From Octopus bimaculoides (Eukaryota): 64,000 nucleotides of DNA. A model generated the notes under the pieces. That model saw nothing but the letters and a program-made list of their open reading frames with translations, was not told the DNA's origin and ran no database searches. The DNA is taken from NCBI RefSeq assembly GCF_001194135.2, contig NC_068983.1, positions 137,708,486 through 137,772,485 of the forward strand, in the 5' to 3' direction. Shown piece after piece: positions 26,494 to 40,618 of the stretch; position 1 is the stretch's first letter; every line of letters begins with the position of its first letter. The position numbers and the translations under genes were made by a program.

Positions 26494-26719
26494 AATCTCT
26501 TGTCATAATATACAGAGCCCCATTAATGAGACAAGACGAATTTTTATTAAACTTTGATAACTTCATAGCATTCATTTAACCTGCAGATTTGGCAACTATC
26601 TCAACAAACAGACACTATTGCAAGTTTCCCTATATACATGAATGCTACTCAGTTATCAAAGTTTAATAAAAATTCGTCTTGTTTCATTAATGGGGTTGTG
26701 CAAAATATAACAAGAGATT
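26494..26719. repeat. Inverted repeat / MITE-like foldback
   Basis: Core arms 26518-26575 and 26638-26695 match at 54/58 positions around a 62-nt spacer. An outer AATCTCTTG/CAAGAGATT pair extends it. Confidence 0.85.
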
Positions 26720-26919
26720 CGGCAATTTTTGTGTTGTTTAGTTTAGTCTTGTCTTTGATTCACGATTCCTCTAGTTTTGTTTGTATATTTTGATGCTGAG
26801 ATTTTTGGCTTTTAGATAATTTATTTTCCTCACTTCTCAACTAGGAATAAAAAGTGGCTGGAAGTAGCAACAGAATAATATACATACATGCGAGCATACA
26901 TACATACATACATACATAC

Positions 26920-27051
26920 ATACTTAACAAAAACCTGGAAAAATTAGGGTTCTCAAAACCTGAAAGAAAAAGGCTGATTAGAAAATTACAGATTCAAGCC
27001 ATCAATGGAACTGTAAAGATATGTAAAACTTTCCAAAAATTTAGCACATAA
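26920..27051 (+). mobile_element. Extreme 3' end of an RLE-type non-LTR retrotransposon (second lineage)
   Basis: LNKNLEKLGFSKPERKRLIRKLQIQAINGTVKICKTFQKF* parallels the LQKxxLxGTxxI terminal motif of RLE elements. It starts abruptly after a (TACA)n tract. Confidence 0.55.
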
Positions 27052-28079
27052 ATACATATGCATGCATCTAGACATAAAAACGCATCCATAAAACAAACAT
27101 ACAAATCTGCGCATTCACTAACACCAAATACTGCACACACACACATATGCACAAATACCTAGATGATGTTGATAAAAGTTCCAATGAAGGAGCCTTGAAT
27201 CTATGTTAGAGTCCGGCTCTTTCTCTATGGACAAGAAATACAGAAATGAAACTGATTGACATACATACNNNNNNNNNNTATATATATATATATATATATA
27301 TATGTCACTGGCATTTGAATTATTTCTATTATCTCATTTTCGTTTCATTTATGCAAATTACTTAGGTCATAAATGTGTCCTACTCTGTTTTGCATATGTT
27401 TAAGTATCTCGTCTGCAGAAAGTAAAGTACGACAACTGCTGTGCTAATGGCACATATTGAGGCAAAAACATGTGTCAACAGCTGTTCTCTTGTCTTTAGA
27501 CTATCAGACCGTCTTTTTCTCAGTGATATGTAAATTTTGGAGAAATTCTTGGTTCTTGAGATTATCGCCCACTCTCATTTGTCTCCAAATGATTGATCTA
27601 CTTACGTTGGAAGAGGAGACGATTTCAATAAATCAAAAGTTTATCTTTTATGTTATTTAATGCACCTTTATTGTCTTTTTTGTTCAGTAGCAACTCTGTA
27701 TAATTTTTCTCAGAACATTTTCGTTTCATTTATACAAATTACCTCTATATAACCTGGCGGGGAGGGTTGCTAGAACAGCAGTTAGACAAAATCAAGATCT
27801 GTCAAACGATGAATGAATCTCACGTAAAGTCAATGACTATCTAACAACGCTATGCAGGGACTTAAAAAGACTATGGTGGAGAACGAGTGGACTGTAAGTC
27901 CGCTGGGAAATGGGTAGACCTATGCTCTTTAGCCATGGTAAAGGCAGCTAGTCTACTAGAAAACCATGACGAATAAAAACCCGGTAACTCAAGCCAAAAT
28001 AATATTTGAATTGAAACATTGATAAAACATTGATAAAACATTGATAAAACTGTTATGCGTGGATCCTAAAAAAAAGGTC

Positions 28080-28480
28080 CATGATATAAATTTGAAAATC
28101 ATATCATCCTTCAAATATATTGGCAGCTTGTTAAACAGAGATGATAATAACTCGATGGCAAAATCGCAAATAAAATTCAGAAGGTAATATCTTTTGCAAA
28201 ATAACAATCTTCACAATAATCTTAAAGATATTTACGAAATAACATTGAAATATTTATTTTCAGAGCAAACATTTTGTCTGCTTTGTTGTATGATTGTGAA
28301 ACATGGACAATACAGTCAAAACATAAATCACTTGAAGGATATTTAGCAATACTGTCTTCGACAAATTTTGTATTTTGAGATACTATGTGAATGATGTCTC
28401 GAAGAAAGCAAATTTTGTATTCAGAGAAGTTCTCTTGTAACATAGCAGACTCAGGTAGGCAGGTCAACGTAGTTCGTATA
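28080..28480 (+). mobile_element. Decayed RTE-clade LINE fragment (RT C-terminal region)
   Basis: Hand translation gives LKIISSFKYIGSLL (28092-28135), IFRANILSALLYDCETWT (28254-28310) and YCLRQIL, matching the RTE motifs FKYLGS and LLYGCETW. Confidence 0.65.
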
Positions 28481-28807
28481 GAAATAACACCAAAATGAAA
28501 TAACACCAAAGGGTCTACTCTTTGGAGAACTATATTTTGGGAAAACCTCCTTAAAAACCGAAGCTAAGATATAAGGTCTGTCTCAAAGCTGTTTAAAAAA
28601 ACGCAATATTCATGTCGAAAGTAGGGAAACTATTACTCTGTTGTATTTGTTAGGGCATCACTAAAAACATATAATGAGAATATCTATACATTTCAAAGAG
28701 AATAACATTCAGCGTGCAATACTTAAAAGAGACGCAAGGAAAAGAATGTTCGGCGAATTTGTCTATCTAAAGCTATTTTTATTTTTCGTTTATGAACTAA
28801 AGCAAAC

Positions 28808-28843
<36 letters not shown>

Positions 28844-28859
28844 CAACAACAACAACAAC

Positions 28860-28919
<60 letters not shown>

Positions 28920-28921
<2 letters not shown>

Positions 28922-29307
28922 TAGTCTTAATTGAGAAAGAAAACAAACTATGCTGGATCATAGATATAGCATGCCCAGCTGACAACAAGGTATGCGATAA
29001 GGAAGAAAGAAAAGTCGAGAGATATGACAGATTAGCTTGGGAGGTAAAGCAGTTGTGGTCGATGAAAAAGGTGGTAGTGGTACCAATAATTGTCGGAGCC
29101 CTGGGAACAGGGAGTAAACATCTCGAGAAGTACATGGAACAAATAGGGGCTGCAATAAGGATGGAGCACTTGCAGAAAAACTGCACTGCTTGGAACCGCT
29201 CGAATACTCCGGAAGGTGCTCCAAAAATAAGAGGTGCTACCTTAGTTCACTGGTAGTGAACAGCTGACACTGTAGTACATCTCCAGCGTTAGAAGCTGTG
29301 CAAAGGC
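28920..29307 (+). mobile_element. 5'-truncated R4/Dong-type element (RLE C-terminus + 3' UTR) embedded in (TAA)n
   Basis: CWIIDIACPADNKVCDKEERKVERYDRLAWEVKQLWSMKKVVVVPIIVGALG..MEHLQK. Flanked by (TAA)n at 28808-28919 and 29308-29517. Confidence 0.9.
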
Positions 29308-29391
<84 letters not shown>

Positions 29392-29395
29392 GATG

Positions 29396-29518
<123 letters not shown>

Positions 29519-29519
29519 G

Positions 29520-30045
29520 CCCTGATGTTGTGGTTTTTATGGCTTCTGACCTGAACTGATTGGAAGTATCATGTTCTTGTCTTGTTTTGTGTAAAAGATG
29601 GGCCATAGCAAATATTCTGATCAATACTACAGATTTGCTTGTCAGTTGTTTGACCTTAACCAGTTGAGCATGTCCTTTGGTAGCTGACGATATGTACATC
29701 TCCGATCGCGAGCAGAAGTAGTGGGAGAGCATCATAGTCATGTGCTGAGAGGGATTCTTTGGGGTTTGAATAACTCACCTCTAGAAACATGGGTGTTTCG
29801 TTCATCATCCTTAAACAACCCTTGGACCTTTTGAGCGGGATGAGCTTCACGACCTAAAGAAAACTGGGTCCTACCTGCAAGGTCATGCGTTTATCTTGAT
29901 ATGAAATCACCATGTCGCGTACATATGGTTGTGATGCATGTGCCTGGTGTACCCTTATCAGACTGGTAGTTATGATAGGGATATTGGATTTCGTATATTT
30001 GTACCTCAGTGTCACTTTGATAGGATGCACTGCTCTCTCACTCAA
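29520..30045 (+). repeat. Unclassified interspersed repeat ending in (TAC)n, probably the 3' UTR-like end of a non-LTR element
   Basis: Non-coding, higher-complexity block bounded by (TAA)n and (TAC)n. Recalled as a common octopus repeat but not verifiable here. Confidence 0.35.
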
Positions 30046-30114
<69 letters not shown>

Positions 30115-30126
30115 ATTAATAATAAT

Positions 30127-31010
30127 GATATAACAATTAACACGGAACTACATCCAAAAAGCGATATTGACAGGCTGTATGTGCCTAGGAACAAGGAAGG
30201 AAGAGGCCTCATAGGATGAAAGATCTATGTTGTCAACCAAAAGAACAGTCTGGGATGGTACATCAAACAACTGAGTGAATCCTTTCTTGCCACTGTTAGA
30301 ATTAACAATAAAATACCTATCAAAAATGTGATGCATTCACAAACATTCAAGAATAAACAACTGGAAAATGAAATCCTGCATGGGTAATATCTCAGAGAAA
30401 TCGAAAGAAAAGACTAGACCAACACTTGGAGAGGATTAAGAAAAAGTGATCTGAAAGGATGCACTGAAGCATTGATATGCAGCGCCCAGGAACAAGCTCT
30501 GAGAACTAATGTCACCAAGTTCCAAATCGATAAGAGCAGCGAATCGCCCCTTTGTAGGAAGAGTGGCAGTAAAAACGAAACAATCTCACATATGTTGGGT
30601 GAGTGTAGCAAGGTGGCCCAAAAGCACTACAAAGGGAGAGACGATAGTGTGGCTACGTTCGACCACTGGAAACTATGTGAAAAGTACGGCCCAGACAGAA
30701 CACAGAAATGGCACAAACATGAACCAGAAGGAGTCACTGAGAACAAGGAATATAAGATACTGTGGGATTTTACAATACAATGTGACTCTCTAATCGATTC
30801 TCGGAGACCAGATATTGTTGCAGTAGATAGAGGAAAAAAGGAAACCAAGATTATGGGTATTGCAATACCTGGGGATGCAAGCATAAGTGACAAAGAACTT
30901 GAAAAGATTGGAAAAGTACTGTCTGCTAAAAAACGAAATTGCAAGAATGTGGGCTGAAGAGAGTGTTTGTCATTCCAATAGTTGTAGGGACATTCGGAGC
31001 ACTAACAAGT
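30127..31010 (+). mobile_element. R4/Dong-type fragment (thumb, CCHC, RLE)
   Basis: LHPKSDIDRLYVPRNKEGRGLIG; ICSAQEQALRTN; CRKSGSKNETISHMLGEC; KILWDFTIQCDSLIDSRRPDIV; VIPIVVGTFG at ~30970. Confidence 0.85.
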
Positions 31011-31023
31011 GTATTGGAGTACT

Positions 31024-32662
31024 GATATCAAACAATATTAACAAACACTGCGGCATTTCCAAGGTTTTACCTCTAATTTTCATTTTTACCTCTAATTTTA
31101 TGCATAACCTGGTATATTCCTTACAAATAAGCTTAACAGAACAAGGTATGGGTATAAAATTGACAAAAAGAAAATAATCTATTTTATATGAATGACTTAA
31201 AACTCTACGGCAAAGACGATGATGAGCTTGGAAGACTATTACGTACTGTGAAAACATTCAGTGATGATATCATGATGGAGTTTGGTCTTGATAAGTGTGT
31301 CAAGACCACTTTCCAGAAAGGGAAATTGAAGACCTCAAATTCAGTCGTGTTAGATGTTGACACAGTTATAAAAGAACTTTAGCAAGAACAAACTTATAAA
31401 TACTTAGGAATAGATGAAGGCTCTGGCATCCAGCATGCATGCATAAAAGATAAGATCAAGAAGGAATGTTATACGAGAGTTCAAGCAATTCTGAAATCTG
31501 AGTTAAATGCACATAAGGTGTTAGCCATAAATTCCTTAAGAGTTCCAGTTGTTATATCATCAATGTGTTGAAGTAGAATATTAGTGCAATAAAGAAAATG
31601 GACAGAAAAATACGTAAGCTGCTGATTTGTAAATAAGATGCACCACCCTAAGGCAAATATGGATCATCTTTATCTTCTCAGAGCCCAAGGAGGTCGAGGC
31701 TTGATCCAGTTTGAACTCTCTTACAAAACCACTACAATTGGACTTGCCAATATCCTGAAACAACTAACGACTGGATGCTAAAACTCGTTAAAAATCCCGA
31801 GACGTAAGAAGCTCCATTCTGTCTTGAAGGAGAGTAAAAAAATTGCTATTGATTTCATTCATGATACCCAGGCTGAACATCCTGAGGGAAGTGCTGTTAT
31901 TGCAAAAAAGGGTAAAATTAATGGCAAAGAACAGAGCACATAAACAATTGGTTGGTAGGTGGGGCCAGAAACCTCTGCATTGCAAAGTAAACAACCTGAG
32001 GTAGACCAGGAGCACACTCATTAGTGGCTACGAAGCTCAGTACTAAAGACAGAGAGAAAAAGCTTCATTTTAGCCGCTCAAGATCAAAGCTTATTGACCC
32101 GGAAATACCAAGCTAATGTGATGGAAAATGGAGTAGATCCAAAGTACCGATTCTGCAATGATGGGATTGAAGCAGTGGACCGCTTAGTCTCTGGATGTAA
32201 AGTTTTAGCACCTATAAAATATAAATCTAGCCATGACAGAGTTGGTCAATATCTACACTGGTTAATATGTTGGCATTATAAAATCAAAACTGTTGACAAA
32301 TGGTATAAGCACCACCCTGAGGCTGAACCGAGGGAGAAAATAACAATTCTTTGGAACTTTCCAGTAAAACCATCAAAAGCTAATAAACCGGATATTGTTG
32401 AAGGGCAAAAATCATAAAGTCTATGAATACTCCTTGTGTTCATAATAATTCTTCAAAAGAATTTGACAAATTCAGAAAATGTAAAGATTTTCTCATTGAA
32501 ATCGAAAATAATGTAGTATCTCAACGCGGTTACAATACCAATGATTGTAGGAGCGCTTGGAAAGGTTAAAAAAGGAACTGAAAATTATTTGAGAATGATC
32601 TCTGGCTTACTATCCCAGCAAGAAGTGCAAAAGATCGTTTTAACTGCTACGTCTTCCATCCA
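31024..32662 (+). mobile_element. R4/Dong-type fragment (RT domain 4 to C-terminus), distinct from the preceding copy
   Basis: MNDLKLYGKDDDEL..FSDDIMMEFGLDKC; YKYLG; CRFCNDGIEAVDRLVSGC..HDRVGQYLHW; ILWNF..ANKPDIV; IVGALG..QEVQKIVL. Confidence 0.85.
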
Positions 32663-32663
32663 T

Positions 32664-32753
<90 letters not shown>

Positions 32754-34460
32754 ACACATTTGAGGGAAAATTACCAATTGTGATGTTAGCATCTTTCCCT
32801 GAGGCAAGAGAAGGATAAAAATAAAAGTGAAATGGCTCCAACCGGAATTCTAAACAATATCGAGGTCTCGAATTGAGCTATTGCCCTAGAAATAAGTTTG
32901 TAAATTGAGAAATATATTATTTGTTTAGTATTAAGTGGAAAAGTCCTTTCCTGAAAGATTTCGGTTTCGTCCTGTGATTGCAGATGTGAAATAAGCAAGG
33001 TGATAAGGTGAGGAACTAATAGCATTCGGGTCATCAGTTCATATCACAATTTTTGTATTTTTCGAAAAATAACATAATTTTACTTGACAGTACAAACAGC
33101 AACAACATAAAACCTAGTACTCTTTCCACAGTGTGATACTATGATCAACGATCTTTTTGTCTTGGACCAGATTTGACTGTTAAAACTGATATAAACCCAT
33201 AAGAACGAGCATAGTCTGGATTTTTATAAAAAATGTACAAGAATATTTACAGTTTAATGCAAAGAATGTAACACTTTAAAATGAGAGAGAAAAATATGAG
33301 TTGCAAGGAAAAAATATTCTGTTGAGGATTAAGCTTGCGAATTTGTAGTAACATATCGAAGAGTAGACAATCAAGATTTAAAGCCAACAAAAGCATTCAT
33401 AAATTATGCAATGCTCCAGGTTTTGTCAATTAACAAGTGCATTCGTCATGTACACGTGACAGTGTTGGGAAAAGATTACTAAATGTCGAACTTTTAATTG
33501 ACCGCAACTGATCTATTTTTCTATATTCCTTTCTAATAATTTATGCAAAAGAAAAAGTCATTGGAACGTATTACTTTATTAGTGTTGGAACCCATAATTA
33601 ATTGTGTGGGAAGTTTGTCCTTATGTAGTACATAATAAATAAGACAGGATGTTCACTCTATAGCCTATATCAGAGGCGGCAATAATTTAGTCATGCAAAA
33701 ACGAAATGTTTACTAATTTTTCCGTGTTGTTGCGACTGCCCACAGGAGTGCCCTATAATAACTCTTGGTATCTATTCATAGCTAAGCAACGTGGGCAATT
33801 TAATTGCTTTAACTGTAGCATATTTCGGTTGTTAGTCCAACATTTTATCAATTCGACTAGCTGTCCGAACATTTACTTATTTGACAATGATGTACATTAA
33901 TACATCTTTGGCAAGCCAAATAAAAATGATTGTGCAAAATTAGCTACAAAATGGCTCTGGTGGATAACATTTTCAGTTGTAATAACGTCTTTACAGGTTT
34001 ACAATGTCTGAAATCTAATAATCATTTGCAGTAACAATGTTTTGGATTCGATCTTCATAAACATCTAGAAATAATCGCTATTCACGTAGAGAAATAATGA
34101 CCGCCCCCTCCAACTTGTTGGGCATACCAGCCAAAGCCACCTTAGTTTACATACTACTCTCTTGATAAATGTAAAGTGAAACGGATAATATACTCCTCGA
34201 CACACTTTGAAAAGCCAGGATAGTCATTGTTAGAACGACTTTGGCTTTAAAGTGCTTTGTTAGGAATGACCGTGGGCGAGACAATATCAGCAGCGATAAT
34301 AGCAACAGCAATGACAGTGCATAATTTTCTCGCAGACTTACTTTCTTTGGACGTTATATTTACGTGATTTTTTGTATCGTTTAGCAATGTCAGACCAACT
34401 CCATTAATCATTGTAGATTGTTTCTGGATGACGTGTTGTAAAATGATCATTTCTCTATCA

Positions 34461-34583
34461 TACGCTTTCTAGTCCGATCTCACAGCGCAGCATCTTAGAC
34501 AAATGTATTTTCCATTATATTCTCAGGTTGACTCAAGTCTTGTAAATCAAATTTGGTAGACAGAAACTGTGTTGAAACCCGCC
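34461..34583 (+). mobile_element. Decayed fragment of the SINE family seen at 60231
   Basis: ...TTTGGTAGACAGAAACTG..GAAACCCGCC aligns with TTTGGTAGACGGAAACTGAAAGAAGCCCGTC at 60355-60385. Confidence 0.5.
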
Positions 34584-35827
34584 TGATGAAATGTACCTGT
34601 TTTGGGAGGTTTGTAGACTGTGGCTGTGTTAAATTGTCAGTCATTTTAACAGAAACAGTAACCACTTGCGTACTTTTGGTGGAGTCCTCTCTGTTGTTAG
34701 CATTCTGATCAAATTACCAATTTGTTTCCCACACCAACTCTTCCAATCAGTCTTGGAGGTTTATGTAAAATTGTCGCCATAAAAGCTGCTCTTTCATATC
34801 TAATTAAACCTTAAAAGAAATATTTACAATGGCAAAGTTTAATTTTCTGTAGCAACAATTTTGGATGAAGCTGTGTATTGTTGATCTTATTTGGACAAAA
34901 TACGTTGCAAATTTATGGGACAAAATACGATATTTTTAAGAATGAATGTATTCAAACTTTCAAACTTTGCTGTTATATGTCAAGATATGGAGAAGATATT
35001 TCAAATGAAAGAAGTAAATCACCTCTAAAAATCAAGCTGGAAATCTATTAGCAAGAAAGATAGTGGCTAATATATGTAAAAAAAAATTGACATTCGAAAA
35101 ACTGTTATTCTTCGAACATTATTCCACTAAGTTATAATGCAACACCTTATTTGGTATTTTATTAATTTTACTAGACTCTTCTTTTTTCGATTATTTTAGC
35201 TTAAAGAAGATAACGTATACTATATGTTGCTGAACTTACCAATAATGTGATGCTTTTCTCAATATTCTCTGACAATTTTCAGACAATCAACTGACGAAAA
35301 TTAGATTTTCAAGCAAGAAATAGTAATTCCAATTTTGAAATTATTACCTCGGTATTGATTACAAAAGAATTTTTGTTTTTATTAATTCATTGCATTTTAC
35401 AAAGAAAATTAAATTAAATAGCAACATACACACATAAATTTACATGTGTGCATGCACATGTAAGTATGTACGAATATATACACGCGGACGTACACATTCA
35501 TAAATCTACATGTACGCATATACTTATATTGAAACATGTATATATGTTATATAATATATGATACATATTTATATATATTAATATAAATATGAAGACTCAC
35601 ACGCATACATATATGCTCATATGTATGTATGGATTTATTTATGTATGTATGTATGTATGTATGTATGTATGTATGTATGCGTGTAAACACACACGTGCAT
35701 ACACACACACATATATATATATAAGTTGCCAAATCAATATATCATGCTTTACCACGTTCTATTATATATATATATATATATACATACACATAATGACTAT
35801 GTATGTATAACGTGTGCGTGTGGGTAC

Positions 35828-35913
<86 letters not shown>

Positions 35914-35958
35914 GTGTATGTATACATATAAATTTGACATGGGCAATTCTTTCTTGTT

Positions 35959-36008
<50 letters not shown>

Positions 36009-37382
36009 AGTGTGTGCGTGTATATATACATACATATATATGTATGTGTATATGTATGTGAATACATATATAATAAAGTATTATATATATACATTTATGT
36101 ACACATTCATTTTCCTCTTTGAATACATATATATTGAAATGAATCTTTGTAGTGAGTAAAACTTTCTTTAGAAAAGGGATTATTTTTTTCCTATTTGTAT
36201 TGATATGTCAAAGTTGGCAATTGCAAGTTAAAAATACAAGCTGATATACCAATCTTTATTGTTTTAAAAATAGTTAGTGACAGGACATATTTCATCTCCG
36301 AATAACGTCATGTTTCTTTGGCAAATCAATGTTTAACTGTATTTTCCCCTTTTATTAACACGAAGCAATTGGGAAAAAGTTTACAGAAATAAATATAAAG
36401 GCTTCTAAATTCGATACAGATATAGTTTTCATCTGATTTTAACCATTTAAATCGATTGCTTCTTTCCTGGAGCGAAAATCTTAAAACTACATTAGCTATA
36501 AGTATATCTATATCTATATCTCTCTTTCTCTATATTATATAATGTGTGTGTGCGTATATATANNNNNNNNNNNNNNNNNNNNNNNNNNNNNNNNNNNNNN
36601 NNNNNNNNNNNNNNNNNNNNNNNNNNNNNNNNNNNNNNNNNNNNNNNNNNNNNNNNNNNNNNNNNNNNNNNNNNNNNNNNNNNNNNNNNNNNNNNNNNNN
36701 NNNNNNNNNNNNNNNNNNNNNNNNNNNNNNNNNNNNNNNNNNNNNNNNNNNNNNNNNNNNNNNNNNNNNNNNNNNNNNNNNNNNNNNNNNNNNNNNNNNN
36801 NNNNNNNNNNNNNNNNNNNNNNNNNNNNNNNNNNNNNNNNNNNNNNNNNNNNNNNNNNNNNNNNNNNNNNNNNNNNNNNNNNNNNNNNNNNNNNNNNNNN
36901 NNNNNNNNNNNNNNNNNNNNNNNNNNNNNNNNNNNNNNNNNNNNNNNNNNNNNNNNNNNNNNNNNNNNNNNNNNNNNNNNNNNNNNNNNNNNNNNNNNNN
37001 NNNNNNNNNNNNNNNNNNNNNNNNNNNNNNNNNNNNNNNNNNNNNNNNNNNNNNNNNNNNNNNNNNNNNNNNNNNNNNNNNNNNNNNNNNNNNNNNNNNN
37101 NNNNNNNNNNNNNNNNNNNNNNNNNNNNNNNNNNNNNNNNNNNNNNNNNNNNNNNNNNNNNNNNNNNNNNNNNNNNNNNNNNNNNNNNNNNNNNNNNNNN
37201 NNNNNNNNNNNNNNNNNNNNNNNNNNNNNNNNNNNNNNNNNNNNNNNNNNNNNNNNNNNNNNNNNNNNNNNNNNNNNNNNNNNNNNNNNNNNNNNNNNNN
37301 NNNNNNNNNNNNNNNNNNNNNNNNNNNNNNNNNNNNNNNNNNNNNNNNNNNNNNNNNNNNNNNNNNNNNNNNNNNNNNNNNN

Positions 37383-37458
<76 letters not shown>

Positions 37459-37628
37459 AATGTGTATAATATATATGATACTTTGTATTGCTTCCTTGTA
37501 TGATATGTATAATACTTTGTATTGCTTCCACTGGAAGAAAGAAGATTCAATATATTTACAGAATATATATTTTAACCGAGAGAAACGAGGGAACAATTCC
37601 ACACAGTCACTAACCAGCTTCATGTCAG

Positions 37629-37736
37629 GAGAGAATCATCAAAGAGATGCAACCTAGGCTTGACAGTGAAGTACAGCATCTTGATTCAACTTTTTCATAT
37701 ACTAAAAAGAAAATCCGAAATACTGAAAGTGTGCAG
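37629..37736 (+). CDS. Candidate internal coding exon of an unidentified host gene (108 nt, phase 0-0): ERIIKEMQPRLDSEVQHLDSTFSYTKKKIRNTESVQ
   Basis: Branch-like CACTAAC and acceptor CTTCATGTCAG upstream, donor CAG|GTAGGT downstream. The frame is open with an in-frame stop just upstream of the acceptor, and there is no TE similarity. No homology recognised. Confidence 0.4.
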
Positions 37737-37849
37737 GTAGGTGAATAAAATGCTCCTGAAAAACATACAGATAAACATATACACCATTCATTACTCAGTT
37801 TTGACTTCACGTGCGCGTGGTCTCACACACACGCGCGCGCGTGCACACA

Positions 37850-37920
<71 letters not shown>

Positions 37921-38399
37921 NNNNNNNNNNNNNNNNNNNNNNNNNNNNNNNNNNNNNNNNNNNNNNNNNNNNNNNNNNNNNNNNNNNNNNNNNNNNNNNN
38001 NNNNNNNNNNNNNNNNNNNNNNNNNNNNNNNNNNNNNNNNNNNNNNNNNNNNNNNNNNNNNNNNNNNNNNNNNNNNNNNNNNNNNNNNNNNNNNNNNNNN
38101 NNNNNNNNNNNNNNNNNNNNNNNNNNNNNNNNNNNNNNNNNNNNNNNNNNNNNNNNNNNNNNNNNNNNNNNNNNNNNNNNNNNNNNNNNNNNNNNNNNNN
38201 NNNNNNNNNNNNNNNNNNNNNNNNNNNNNNNNNNNNNNNNNNNNNNNNNNNNNNNNNNNNNNNNNNNNNNNNNNNNNNNNNNNNNNNNNNNNNNNNNNNN
38301 NNNNNNNNNNNNNNNNNNNNNNNNNNNNNNNNNNNNNNNNNNNNNNNNNNNNNNNNNNNNNNNNNNNNNNNNNNNNNNNNNNNNNNNNNNNNNNNTATA

Positions 38400-38670
38400 T
38401 ACTCTTTACTCTTTTACTTGTTTCAGTCATTTGACTGCGGCCATGCTGGAGCACCGCCTTTAGTCGAGCAAATTGACCCAGGACTTATTCTTTGTAAGCC
38501 TAGTACCTATTCAATCGGTCTCTTTTGCCGAACCGCTAAGTTACGGGGACGTAAACACACCAGCATCGGTTGTCAAGCGATGTTGAGGGAACAAACACAG
38601 ACACACAAACACACATATATATATACATATACATATATACGACGGGCTTGTTTCAGTTTCCGTCTACCAC
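38400..38670 (-). mobile_element. SINE 3' two-thirds (same family as 60231-60642)
   Basis: Highly similar to the reverse complement of 60355-60642, including the internal (TA/CA) microsatellite and (GAGTAAA) tail. Confidence 0.85.
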
Positions 38671-38757
38671 GAATTTTCCATCATAAATACTCATGTTCTT
38701 TTTGCATTATCTGAAATGGAATACCCACAAATCTATTGATTGAAATCCAAATAACTG

Positions 38758-38800
<43 letters not shown>

Positions 38801-38949
38801 CAGGCATGATTGAGTTGGCCAATACTTGCACTGGAGTATATGCTGTTACTATGATATCCCGCACCCTAGGAACTGGTATGAACACTACTCAGAGCCAATC
38901 ATTGGCGGAGAGAATGTTACCATCCTATGGGATTATGGGATACATGTAG

Positions 38950-39165
38950 ACAGGCAAATAACGTTGTGACTAGTGTGCTGCACTCACGATCGCGAGATCG
39001 TGGTTTCGATTCCCAAACCGACTGCGTGTTGTAGTCTTGATCAAAACACTTCATTTCACATTGCTCCAGTCCCTCAACTGAAAATGGGTAACCCTGGTAT
39101 AGCTAGCGGGATGGTATCATTCGCAAACTAAAACGATGCGAAGCGCACTGTGAGGAGTGGTGTGT
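38950..39165 (+). mobile_element. Decayed tRNA-head SINE
   Basis: B-box-like GGTTTCGATTCCC followed by CTTGA-CAAAACACTTCATTTCACATTGCTCCAG, a core shared with 45376 and 54579. Confidence 0.6.
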
Positions 39166-40564
39166 AAAAATATCCTATTGTCTGGTCGATACTGTGATAC
39201 TGTGATATGCATATATGATATCACAGTACGGTGACATACTTACACCCCCCCCACACACATTCTCTCTCTCCCTCTCTCTGTGTCGGAAGTACATTGTTTC
39301 ATTAGCTCTGGAGGCACATGACTGTAGGTTGGATCGGTGGTAGCAAGAGGATGGAATGTAATCTATTAAACAAAAATTTGATAGGGGTTGTAAAATTAAT
39401 GTAAAATTAGAAGGAAGAAGGAAAACTTATTTTCTCTAGGTTGGCGTTGACTTTAAGTGAAGTGTGTAAGCTGTGTGCGCATCGTTCCAGAGACACGAAA
39501 GCATCGCCAAAACGAATTTGTACTCATGAAAGCACTACCGAAAATTATGCCTTCCAAGGTCAGGAAAACGCATTGGTTAGCGGAAAATAATCCTCTTCTC
39601 CGCCAAATAGTGCCTGCATCTCCTACTTCCATTAAGATACTATCTAGACCTTTCAATAACTTCTAGGTGATGTTATAAGATGTTGCATCTTTTAAATTGC
39701 CATATATGACTGCCTGAAATTGTGACATTTTGCCTTTTCTGGATCCTACAATATCATCTATGATTATTCAGCCTGTCCTTAAAGTGTCCTCTCTGTTGCC
39801 CCGACGCTTTACTGTATATGCAATGTCTCTCTGGCGTTTGTAAATGTTACTTGTGCTTCGTAGACCAAAGCTTCTTAATTTCAATTTCAATATATTTCTC
39901 GATTCAGTCTTTCCATTTCTCTGACGTTTCTTTCTTCAAAACTCACTAAATCAATTTCAGGCTCATGAGCACATCTTAGTTTTATCAATTAGAAAATTCA
40001 AAGCAGAAAAAAGAAGAAATCTGAAAAATCTCTGAAAAAGGCCCCATCTCAAAGGAATCTGAATTCCCATCTATAGTTTTCCAAAACACATCAGTCTTTA
40101 TCAAATTTAATCAAATAAACACTAACGGCATGGGACAAAATTTCAATAAATTTAACTTACCGAATTCTTCAGATACCCGATAAAAATTTAGAAAAACGGC
40201 TTTTACTATTTGTTTTTATTCTTCTGTTTTTCTACTTTACAAAAAAGATTTTTTTAATCCATTGTTTCGCTCTCGACCGTCACTAAATCAATAATAAAAC
40301 TGTATTTTATCTGGTAAAATTAAAATGTTATAAGTCCGACAGGAGGATAAAAAAGTCAATGAAGAAAGGACATTGCATTACACTGAATCACTTTATTTGG
40401 AAACGTACGAAAGGGTTTGATGCTGCTGCTACTGATGATGATAATGATGACGACGACGACAATGATGATACTGATGATGATCGTAATCATCAATGTTATC
40501 ACCATTTTCATCATCATAATCTTTATTGTTACCAATGATGTTTATGACGATGATAATACCTACA

Positions 40565-40618
<54 letters not shown>

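Noticed and set aside
33700-34450. Possible decayed transposase on the minus strand
   Set aside because: No diagnostic DDE, WLS or zinc-finger motif was found by hand.
39450-39960. Coding-looking stretch with ORFs on both strands
   Set aside because: No recognisable motif in any frame; probably an old TE, but unsupported.
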